A stretch of DNA of 64,000 bases. Source: the human T2T-CHM13v2.0 reference genome, Homo sapiens. The position numbers and the translations under genes were made by a program. The stretch lies in NCBI RefSeq assembly GCF_009914755.1, contig NC_060939.1; one strand, 5' to 3'. The notes below the pieces were generated by a model. That model had not been told where the DNA came from and ran no database searches. It saw only the letters and a list, made by a program, of their open reading frames with translations. Positions 46,839-58,110 of the stretch are shown here, one piece after another (the stretch's first letter is position 1; each line of letters begins with the position of its first letter).

Positions 46839-49372
46839 TTAGCATTTTTTTCAAATCCTCTTGTTATTCATGACCTTAGTGTTCCTGAAGCTGTTGCCCT
46901 GGGTCCATGTCATACCTTTCTATACATAGTCTTAGACTATATCTCCCTTTCCTCTCTTCTGTGTGTTTCTTCCTTCTTAGATGTGGTTCAGGCAGAAGGT
47001 CCCTGCACAACTACTTTGGAGTCTTCAGCTGTGTCTCCCTTTTGCTTTATCATTTGCCAAGTTTGTGACTATGATATCAGAATTTTGTTTTTCTTAATAA
47101 ATTCTGTTAAGTTCCTGAATTTAGCTAATGGTGCTGCAATGTGGCAGCTATTGATACATTTTAACAAAAGATGAAGAAAAAAAAAAAGTCAAGACCTAGA
47201 AACTGAGTCTGAGAGTTGACTGCCTTCATTTTCGTAGGCTGCAGGGCTGTTACTTCCTAAAGAGAAGTTGAGTGATGTAATGAACAAAGCCCAGGGAGTC
47301 AGGTGACCTGGATCTATTCTTGGCTGTGCCACTGACCGTGTGTGACCTTGGGCAAGTCACTTTTAATCTCCCATCTCAGTTTTCTCCACTGTATAACTAG
47401 AAAAATATCTTGTCACTTAACAAGAGAAAATTTGGGCATAAGAGTTACTGTTGCTTGCTGCTTGAAAAAACTTTAAGGTTTTTTTGTTTCAACCTACCAC
47501 AGTCTTCCTTAAGATGGTGTGGTATCATGGAGTTTCAGTTCTTCAAATATCGTGAAAATTAGAATTAAATTGTTTTCGGAGGTTAAAATTAGGACCAGTT
47601 GAAAATAAATCAGAGGGTGATCTTAACACAAGGCCAGTACCTCCATTATGTGTGATATGTTTTATTCATATTTACTTGGGGTTGGATGGGTAGGAAAGAG
47701 GGAAAGCCCGGCTAGTCTCCTGTAAGTAGAAGGTAGAGGATGCTACAATAGAAATAGAAATAAAGAGAGATGGGGACATTGGCAAACAAGGACAGGACTG
47801 ATGCCAATTCTGTAGATGAAATCCATTTTCTGCAGAACTGTGGGCTTTTAAAAAATTATTTGCAAAGCTCTCCAAATATGAGCTAGGCTTAGAAAATTTT
47901 CTGAAGTGGCTGCCTTCATCTAAAAAGAGAAAGGAGAATAATTCTAATGCCTAAAAAAGCAACTCTTGCTTTTCACTATATTCATACCCAGCATACTGAA
48001 CTTTATTTATGGTTTATCCTGCTTTGTAAGTTTAAAACATGATAAAGCCAGGAACGTTCTCTGTGGCTTAGGCTTACTAGAGCACAGATAGAAAATAGAA
48101 TGCAAGCCTAGCAGGTACATACTATCCAGATTCCATTGAGAGCCGGCCCCGTAAGCAAACACATTAATCTCTATGATCCTTGATTTCCTCATCTGTAGGA
48201 GAGGTACAGCATCATTTACCTACTTCACAGAGGAACCAGCAGATTACATAACCAAAGAAAGGAATTTAAGTCTTCTGTATTAAGCCAAGGATGGACACAG
48301 AGAAAACATACAACTCATGCTCACTTGAGTCTTGCCCTTGGAATAGACTTTGAGGACATTTTTCTCAGAATAGAGCATCAACAAACTACATGGACTCCCT
48401 GGTGTAACGGTGAGAAATCAGCTTTATTAGGACGCACAGGGCTGAGACCATAGGGATGTGCTTTCGGTCAGTGAAGAGATCAAAGCAGCAATGCACACTT
48501 TGAAAATGGTAACAAAGATTTTACTCACTGCCTCTTGGGGACTGAACACATTTAAACATAACAATGTTTGCTCAGTTGTAATTCTCACAGAGGAGGAAGA
48601 CCATTAAACACTGTGGCAGCAATTCTTCCCAAATACTTTCTCCATTCTGGCTCAGCAATCCTTACAATAGCAAAGAGCAAAAAACCTGCTCTTTAATACT
48701 TAGAAGTATTATCTTCTCTACTGAGAAGAGACTGAAAAGAGTTCTTGAAACTCTAAAGAAGAGATTTTAGAGAACATGAGACAGTGCTACAGTCACCTGT
48801 GTGCTGCTCAAAAGATGGCATTCATTCAATTTCATTTGAATTTCATTTGTGCAAATATTAAGGTTTTGGAAACCATGAGGTTTCCCAAAATTACTATGGT
48901 GAGTGAATCACCAGGGAGGGCTTCTCCTAATAAGTAGACAGTTCTCTTTCTCTTTGAGAGGTCCATATTTTTCCTTATGTTTCACGGAGGACATCATTGG
49001 AGAAAGCACCTAGGCCTAGATGAATGTGGATAGATACTCACGTGGGGGAAAAATGGAAAAACAGGGCAACTATGGCTAAAGGAGTGTTTAACAACAAGCA
49101 CTGCTGTCTGACGCATTTCTAGACTACTAGTCTTCAGATCGTATCATGTTCTCTGAGCTTCTTTAACAAAAACATGAACTAGAGCACTCATACTGGAAGG
49201 CCTGTGGCAGGGGTGTGAGTACTAGTATCCTGGCAGCAGCATCATAAAGGTGTCTCCTGCCCCACTTTTACAGCCTTGTCTATCCTCCCAGTCAGCATTC
49301 TGGCGGTCCCTGCTACTTCTCCATTAATGCCCAGATCCTGATGACAAACATGAACGTTAAAAAGTCCTGGCT

Positions 49373-49706
<334 letters not shown>

Positions 49707-51269
49707 TCACGTGGAAGACCACAGTAAAAAAGCGTTTCATTTGAAAGGTGTTCATCATTAGCAGTGACCTATGACACTTTAGAAGGAAGAGATAGGCATA
49801 GTTCGAATAAGATGGAACATAAAACAAGTCAGTATCAAGTTAAGGAAATAGGAGGTGTGTTGGTTAAAGAAAAAAAAACTTAACTAGTAGTCTGCTTCCT
49901 AGAGAGATGCATTACAGAGATCATGGTCATTTCAGGCCAGTGGGGAGGTAAGGATGTCCACAAGGAGGACCAACTCTCTTCTCTCTCCCTCATCCTCAAA
50001 CATGCACTAAGGCAGTATTTGCTGAAAGCGTAGATAAGCACAGAAATCCAGGTTACTCTGGGAGATTGTTTACTTTTAGCCAGGGAACTTGAGAAACATA
50101 AGTGAGAGGGAATGCTCCATTTCTCAGACCCTTGCTTTTATGCGCTGACAAGGTAAAGAGGTTTGTTTCCTTCTTTACATCTCCCCGCTTTAGTAATTAC
50201 TATTTTGCAGAGCATGGGGTTGATGCTTTGTCAGCACTTCAGCACAGACACTAAATACAGAGATGCTTCAGTTCCTTCACAGTGCCAGCCTGTTGGTGCA
50301 AGCTTATATTTGCTGCAGGAGAATACAATTCCCATGGTTTAGCGTCTCTGCAAGATCAGGCAAATCAGATTAACAGCTGTAATTCTGTCAACACAGGCTG
50401 GGACCTGTTGAGAATTAAGCTGATATTTAAGACAGAGACTATGTACATCTAAAAATAATAGCTACTCTTAAAACCAGGTCCCAAAAAGAGATTATGAATA
50501 GCCCCTAAACGTGGTCATACTACCAACCAGTAGCATCACTGCAAGATATGAAATATCCATTATGAACTTTTACACTGATACGAATAAAGTTTTAATAAGA
50601 AAACCATTAAAGGCAAGATCATCTAAAGCACACCACAGCTTGGGATGGTGTGCATGAATCCAAAACTTTAACGTAAAACTAGACTTTGAGGCATGGTATA
50701 TGAGATAGGAGAGAAGCATTTCTCAATTTTCTATCAAGGATATTTACCATCATCACATCAAGTTCCAGTCTGTCCCCATTCCTCTTCCTCTGGGAACAGC
50801 TCCACCAATTTTATGTCTGGAAAGGGAGGATGACCAGGATATGAGACCTACCCTTAGACAATCATAGGTCCTATGGGACCCCATTCCCTTGGCCAAAGCA
50901 TTTGGTCTAGGCAGGGTTAAGCCTGTGACAAAGGCTTCATCAATCACAGTCAATGCATTGAACACTCAGTGAGAAAGAAGCAGTCTAGAATAGGGCCAGA
51001 GGCCTGGAAATCTTCTCTAAAGCTGCATCTTTAACGTATCTCAACTAAGAATCGGCTAAGTACTTGTGAAGGCTGGTGAGAGAAATGCCTGTCCAAACAC
51101 AGGTGGCTTCAATAGTGGCACCCCTCTAAGATGTAGTGCTATAAGGAACCTGAAGACTACCATACCCCATTTGCATCAGCTCTGACACCTAAAAAGGATA
51201 AAGACAATGGAAAAAAATGCATAATTTTTAGGAACGAGACTGGCCTTTATTATCCTTCTTGACTAGTAT

Positions 51270-51520
51270 TATTAATAGCAGTTACTATAAATTCCCCACT
51301 TATGTGCCAGAAACTACTGAGTATTTTACCTATATTATCTCGTTTAATCCTCACACCTTCTCCTAAGAGACAGGTAGTATTATCCCTATTTTACAGACGA
51401 GAAATTAAAATTAAAGAGGCAAGCAACTTGCAAAAATCACTGAGCTAGTCAGTGGCTGGTCCAGGATTTGAACCTATGTCTGACAGGTTTATGAGTTTAG
51501 CCATTACAATATACTGTCTC
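51270..51520 (-). mobile_element. MIR (further MIR fragments near 15.9k, 24.7k, 35.5-36k, 37.1k, 41.3-41.8k, 47.3k, 54.8k, 56.3k)
   Basis: atctcgtttaatcctcac...tattatccctattttacagacgagaaatt...ggatttgaacc MIR core. Confidence 0.75.
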
Positions 51521-52392
51521 ACTACTCTTCTCCATTGTTTCCCTCCATTGAGGCCATTGCTTCTTTGTTCCTGCAATATGTCTAACTATTCATTGGTCCT
51601 GCTCCTGGACTGTAACACAGTTGAGAGAAAGGAGACTAGTGTTTAGATATCTGATCAAGAAGACCCGAGACCTCATTGATTCATTGTGGAAGCAACATCT
51701 TCCACAACGACAGTTAATCTGGTATGCAATTCTCAGCTATACTGTTTTCCCTCCCAAAAAAGGGTTAATAAGTCTGTGATCCAAGAGATTTGCAGTAAGC
51801 CCTAGAAACAGCTAAGCAACGGCTGTTGAATCCCATTGGTGTGCCTATAAGATGCTACCTGGTGTAGAGAACAGAATATAATTCTCTCTCCTAGGAATTT
51901 AGATGCGCCCCTCCGCCCCCCTGCCAATACACACGCAAGGGGGCATAGCAGATGATGGCACATGTCCCATATGCAAACATGAATAGTAAACATGCTTTAG
52001 TACAGCTGGAGCTACTGTAGCAGAAAGTCAGGTTGTCTGCTACTCCACCTGGTCTTCTTAAAGGATTGGGTCTGGACATTCACCTCTCAGTGACTGCAAC
52101 TCCCCATATATATCACAGGTTCAGGCTCTGCATTCAGCCCATTCGGAGTGTGTGAGTGCTAACATGGAACTCTCCAGGAGACAGCAAGCAGAAATGTGGA
52201 TGATTAAAATAAAGGGTTTTCTTTGGCAATCTCAATTGCAAATGAGGATAAGGAAAATCCTCCCAGCTCACACTCTGCTCCCAGCTACTTGTTCTTGAGT
52301 TAAATGAGGGCTTGGCTCTGGCCTCAGGGGGCAAGAGCACTGTTCGTTATTTGGTGGTGGGGGAGGGGGTTGGGGGATCCGTCAGCACTTAC

Positions 52393-52544
52393 ATGCCTTT
52401 AGAGAATCTGCCTTTACAGAACTTGAAGAGCTCTGATGGAGGAACAGAGATGCTGTGGTGGTAGTGGCCTTGGAGGTGGTGGTAGTGGCAATGGTGATGA
52501 TGATGATGATGAAAGAAGAAGAAAACGGTGATGGTAAATGTCAT
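52393..52544 (-). other. FMN1: FMN1 5'UTR exon (152 nt; upstream boundary less certain)
   Basis: Donor GCAT|GTAAGT at 52393/52392. Acceptor TTTTTGCTTGTGTTTATAG|ATG at 52545/52544. An alternative acceptor T26-GAAG| at 52671/52670 is possible. Confidence 0.65.
52455..52511. repeat. (GAT)n/(GGT)n low-complexity trinucleotide tract in the 5'UTR exon
   Basis: ggtggtagtggc...atggtgatgatgatgatgatg. Confidence 0.85.
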
Positions 52545-52674
52545 CTATAAACACAAGCAAAAAGCAGCAACAGATACCTTTCTAGTCATTGCCAACCATA
52601 GTCATGAAGCTGCTTCTGTTCCCAATGCAATCCCATTGTGGTGCTCCCCCTCTGCGCTAAACACATCCAGCTTC

Positions 52675-52700
52675 AAAAAAAAAAAAAAAAAAAAAAAAAA
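52675..52700. repeat. A26 homopolymer
   Basis: Direct count. Confidence 0.95.
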
Positions 52701-52717
52701 GCTCTGCATCTCTCCGT

Positions 52718-52745
52718 CCCCCGCCCTCCCGCCCTCCCGCCCTCC
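52718..52745 (-). promoter_or_regulatory. Tandem GC boxes / G-quadruplex-forming tract (GGGCGGGA x3)
   Basis: Plus strand CCCCCGCCCTCCCGCCCTCCCGCCCTCC gives six G>=3 runs with 1-nt loops on the minus strand. Confidence 0.7.
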
Positions 52746-53061
52746 ACCTTTCCTGTGCCAAGCTGGGAATGAGACTGCACTGGCGGGTCAAGGGGGCTGG
52801 GACCTGAGAGTCAACGACAGGAGTTCTGTAGTGAGGAGCGTTGGGATGACCCGGAGGGCCCACCAACGTACTTGGGAGCAGCTTGGTGGGGGAGCTGGAG
52901 GAACCGACACAGAAGGGGAGGAAGATAAGCTGGCGGGGTAAATAGACTTGATGCCTCATTCCAAGAACCCTGAAAGCCACGGGGGAAGGCGGAGCAGGCA
53001 GCCTTTGGTCGGGAAGAAGAGACGGGCAGATGGCCAGCAGAACAGACAAGACTCTCTTTAC

Positions 53062-53200
53062 CTGACCAATACTCGGGAGGCTGGTCCCGAGTCCCAGCTA
53101 CTCGGGAGGCTGAGGCAGGAGGATTGCTTACGGCAACAGCCGTGGCGGCTGCAGCCTCGAAGGATGCTGCGCTCCAGTCCAGAGCCAAAGCCCAAAGGGG
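53062..53200 (-). other. FMN1: FMN1 exon 1 (non-coding; TSS approximate)
   Basis: Donor GGTCAG|GTAAAG at 53062/53061 inside the CpG island, with GC and CCAAT boxes upstream. Confidence 0.6.
53070..53129 (+). mobile_element. Isolated Alu/7SL-derived fragment inside exon 1
   Basis: GTCCCAGCTACTCGGGAGGCTGAGGCAGGAGGATTGCTT matches the Alu right-arm core (J/FLAM-like GGAGGAT). No flanking Alu sequence. Confidence 0.8.
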
Positions 53201-54395
53201 CAGCTGCGCCGACCTCCACCGAGGCTCCGCCCCACAGGCCACAGGCCCCGCCTTCCTAGCACGCGCCGGCCTGACGAGCTGTTTGGGGGAGGTGAGCAGT
53301 AAACTGATCGGCAGGGCTGAAGACCAGTGGAAACGTGCAGCGGCGCCCGAGGTGGCAGGGGAGGCGGGGCGGGAGGCGGCGGTGCCCAATCAGCAGCCGA
53401 GCCGTTGGGCCAGGCTGGGAAGCAGTGCTGTCTTTTGGCACCGTCTGATCCGGGCTGAGGGATTGAAGGCGGTGGTCGCTAAGCTAGGTCTAAGACGGAC
53501 AGCCAGGGCGACAACCAGTCTCTCGCTACGTGTCCCCAGCTTCCCTGTTTCCGAGCGCCTCTCAAGGCGCACGCTCTGGACTTGTTCAGATGGGGGAAGG
53601 GAACTGGTCTGGAACTCCCCACTATTCCCGAGGTTCCCACGCCTCCAGATCCGGAGAGGCCGTTTCGCTCCAGTGGCCTGGCCCCCCTGCCCCCTCAGCC
53701 TAGCCGTTCTTGATCGTAAGTGCTAAAAGGAACAAAGAAGGAGAATTCAAGAATCCACACATAAGCCCAAACCCTGACAGGAGCCTTTTCCTCTCCCATC
53801 TCCCGCCTACGCTTCCTCCTAGTAGCTTTTTAACTGCTGGCGGTTAAGTTACTTTGACTGGTTTGAATTAAACGCAAAATAGGTTTAGGCTGAGAAATGG
53901 GCCAGACCCTTGGCGATCTGAGAAAGAAAGACTGAGTCCGGATGTCAAGAGGCCTGGGCCTCACGAGGGAGTTTGTCTGCTTATTTGAACACCTCAGAGT
54001 TGAAGATCTTGTTACTGCTGTTTCTGTGCTGGTGAATCAGTACAGACCTTGATGCCAAGGTACTGTTTTGTCCCCAAGTGTCTAATCATTACTGAAATGA
54101 ACTACCTTCAAACCTTTCCTAAGAGGATTTGAGGCCTTAATGTCGTTGAGATTTGGAATGTGATTTGAGTGACACTGAGATCTTTTCCAAGTAGGTAGGC
54201 AAGAAAAGGCATTGTCTTTAATCTGCTTTTGGATAAATGCGAACTGTATCACCCATTTGGTACTTGAAGATAGAATTTTGTCCTGAATAGATTCTGTTTT
54301 CAAATAAGTAAATGGGAAAAAAATTTGGAAGGTATTTTTAAGGTGATTTTTTTCACTATTTTTTTTCTAGAAATAATAGTTTATTGGAACTCTGA

Positions 54396-54740
<345 letters not shown>

Positions 54741-55525
54741 TCCATAGGCACTTCATATACATTATCTCCTTCAATCCTCATATCTTCCCCTTGTAAATTC
54801 CACTTATAGATAAGAAAACTGAGGTTCCCAAAGTTCAAGTAATTGTCCTTGGGTCATGTTCGTAGTTAGGAGTAGAGTCAATACGAGGTCCGTATATCTC
54901 CTGTCTAAAAATCATCATCATCAGTTAGAAGAATAAGAAGCCCTCAGTACGACTCTTAATTCCTTGATGCTTTTTTCTTTTTACCTGAAAATTGTCATAT
55001 AGGGATCCAGTTTTCACACTACTGACTTCTTGAAACCGCAGCCTCAGAAGCACCTTTAAGAGTGAAGTGTCACCTCTGACATGTGTTAGGAGCAATTGCA
55101 AGTCAACTTTGCTCATAGAAGGGAGCTGTGATTTCCTATTGTTGGGAAGGAAGTAAAATTTTGCAGGGCTTAAGTCAAACTAGGTTTTAATTGATGTAGA
55201 AATCTTTTAAAGTCCACCCACAAAATAATATCATGGTCGTGTGAGCTGAGTCCTAGAAAGGTAAAAGGATGTTAATCCAAAGTCATATTCCAGCATTGTT
55301 TCAACAGTGTTCTGAAGAAATTCCTAAATCCTACTCTGGCCTTTAATCAAACCTGGAAATATGTACTTGCTCTAAGCTTGGTAGGGGGAGGGAGTAGGAG
55401 GTGTTTTAAAGAGAAAGGAGAAGAAAAATATTTTCCCAAAGAGGCTATTAATAAAGACAAAATATAAATAAGTTAAAGGTTATAGATCAATACAAAGGTA
55501 TACACTAATTAACAAGTTAGTGGAG

Positions 55526-55847
55526 TTTTGTTTTGTTTTGTTTTGTTTTGTTTTGTTTTGTTTTGTTTGAGACAATTTCACTCTGTCACCCAGGCTGGAG
55601 TACACTGGTGTAATCTCGGCTCACTACAACCTCTGTCTCTCAGGTTCAAGTGATTCTCCTGCCTCAGCCTCCTGAGTAGCTGGGACTACAGGCATACACT
55701 ACCATGCCTGGCTATTTTTTGTGTTTTTAATAGAGATGGGGTTTCACCATGTCGTCCAGGCTGGTCTCGAACTCCTGACCTCAAGCAATCTGCCCGCCTC
55801 GGCCTCCCAAAGTGCTGGGATTACAGGCGTGAGCCACCATGCCCAGC
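55526..55847 (-). mobile_element. AluS with (TTTTG)n tail
   Basis: TSD GTTAGTGGAGT; pentanucleotide tail ~55526-55568. Confidence 0.92.
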
Positions 55848-55892
55848 TTGTTAGTGGAGTATTTATGTGATCCTTGCTTAATAAACAGTTAC

Positions 55893-56125
55893 TGGCCGAG
55901 AGGATTGCATGGACCCAGGAGTTTGAGACCAGACTGGGCAACACAGTGAGACCCTATCTCTACAAAAAATAAATGTTAAAAAATTAGCTGGGTGTGGTGG
56001 TGCATGCCTGTAGTCCCAGGTACTCGAGAGGCCGAGGCAGGAGGATCACTTAAGCCCTCGCACTGCAGCCTGGGTGACAGAGCTAGATCCTGTCTCAAAA
56101 TAAAAAATAAAAAATGAAAAAATAA
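55893..56125 (+). mobile_element. Partial AluJ with internal deletions
   Basis: GGAGGATTGC left-arm part; right arm lacks its middle segment. Confidence 0.82.
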
Positions 56126-56377
56126 ACAGCTACTAAGTGCCTAATATATGTTATTGTACTAGACTCTAGGGATATCCAGTTCAATAAAGCCCATTTCCTA
56201 ATGGAAATGCACAGCCTAGCTGAGAACACTCAATCTGGACCATACCTGAAGAGATCACTTTATCAACAAAATTACTAATCTTCACAACCACCCAGCAGGG
56301 TAGGTGTTATCACCACCTCAAGGCTGAGGAAACTCGGACTAGAGAGGATAGTGACTCACTTGAGGTTGCAAGTTTAA

Positions 56378-56723
<346 letters not shown>

Positions 56724-56999
56724 AAGGCCCACATTTTCACAATATACCATACTGCCTGCCTAAGAGAAAAAGCTGTCTCTGATAATCCTTACCGAAATGC
56801 ATTCCTCTGTGGAACATGTGAAGTAGATGATACAATGCCTATGAATTCGAAATTACTAAATTTGGTCAATTTGCTTATCAAAGGGAACCAAGAAAACGGA
56901 AATAATGGTCCTTGCCTACCTGGGGCTTAAGGTACTATTTACACATTCTCGTTTGAAGTCCCCAGGGGTAAATAGGATTTCATGGGATTCCCCATTCAT

Positions 57000-57890
57000 T
57001 CCTGTGTTATTATATACATATATTTTAATATATATAATACATATATAATTAATTTTAATGTATATTAATACATATAATTTTCATTCAGTGTTCCTGGCTC
57101 ATAACTCCCGTAGCCATTGTTGGTGTTTTTTTATAATGCTGTGTGTGTTAGGCCTCAGGGCCAGGCCTCAGGAAACAGAATCTCTCTCCTGCCCTCTCCT
57201 TATCTGCCCCAAGGCAGGACTCTAATCTTCTCCACCTTTCTGATTGTGGGTCTTAAGAACCTCCCCACAGAGAATCCCACCCTATACACTGGGGGAAGGA
57301 ATGGTGACATCATGAAGCTTCCATAAAAACCCAAGAGGATGGGTTTTGGAGAGCTGAACCTGTGGAGGCTGACAGGAAGGTGAAGAAGAACTCGCATGTG
57401 CTGGGCGGATGGCACCGCTCAACTCCTGGGGACAGAAGCTCCTACGCTTGGGACCCTTGCAGACCCACACCCTATATATTTCTTCATCTGGCTGTTTATT
57501 TGTATTCTTTAAAATATCCTTCTTAATAAACCGGTAAGTGTGTTTCTGAGTTCTGTGAGCTGCTCTAGCAAATTAATCAAACCCAGAGAGGGAGTCGTGG
57601 GAACCCCAGCTTGAAGCTGGTTGGTCAGAAGTTCCGGAGGAAACCCGACTTACAACTGGTGGGTCATGGAGAGGGTGGTCTTGTGGGACTGAGTCCTCAA
57701 CCTGGGGACTCTGACTCTGTCTCCAGGTACATAGTGTCAGAACTGAATTGGAGGACACCCAGCTGGTGTATACTGCTTCATGTCGGGGAGAAAAACCCCC
57801 ACACCTTTGGTCACAGAAGGCTTCTGTGTTGATGTTCGTTGTGATGATGTGAGAGCAGAGGAAAAAGGTGGGTTGAGAGAGTTTTTCCCA
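57000..57890 (+). mobile_element. MER21-family LTR
   Basis: gttcctggctcataactccc...ttcatctggctgtt...aataaaccggtaagtg...ctgagttctgtgagctgctctagcaaattaatcaaaccc...ggtcagaagttccggagg. Confidence 0.75.
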
Positions 57891-57954
57891 AAGCAATCCC
57901 TACGCTGTTTTCTTTGCCCCTTAGTTCATGTTTAGTAAAATTAGTTAGTGAAGA

Positions 57955-58110
57955 TCACACCCAAGTATGGTGGGAAGACCAGCAGAATTGAGCTCACTTG
58001 CTTATTGGAAATGCAAAATCTCAGGTTCACCCCAGACGTCCTGAATTCAAACTGCATTTTAATAAACTACCCCTAAGCGATTCCTAGGCACTAAAGTTTG
58101 AGGGCTGTTT
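57955..58110. mobile_element. MER5A-like hAT-Charlie MITE
   Basis: gaaatgcaaaatctcaggttcaccccagac...ctgcattttaataa...taaagtttgag. Confidence 0.7.

Larger units (their letters stand above)
52700..53720. promoter_or_regulatory. CpG-island promoter of FMN1
   Basis: Only extended GC- and CpG-dense non-Alu, non-coding stretch in the window. GC box GGGGCGGGAG at 53366-53375, CCAAT at 53386-53390, no clear TATA. Confidence 0.85.

Noticed and set aside
48392-48420. GGACTCCCTGGTGTAACGGTGAG resembling the 5' end/A-box of a tRNA-Gln
   Set aside because: No B-box (GTTCRA), T-arm or acceptor-stem complement follows; too short to call.
52528-53726. 130-200 aa ORFs on both strands of the CpG island
   Set aside because: Stop-poor GC-rich DNA, mostly non-ATG starts, run through poly(A) or the Alu fragment and ignore splice sites.
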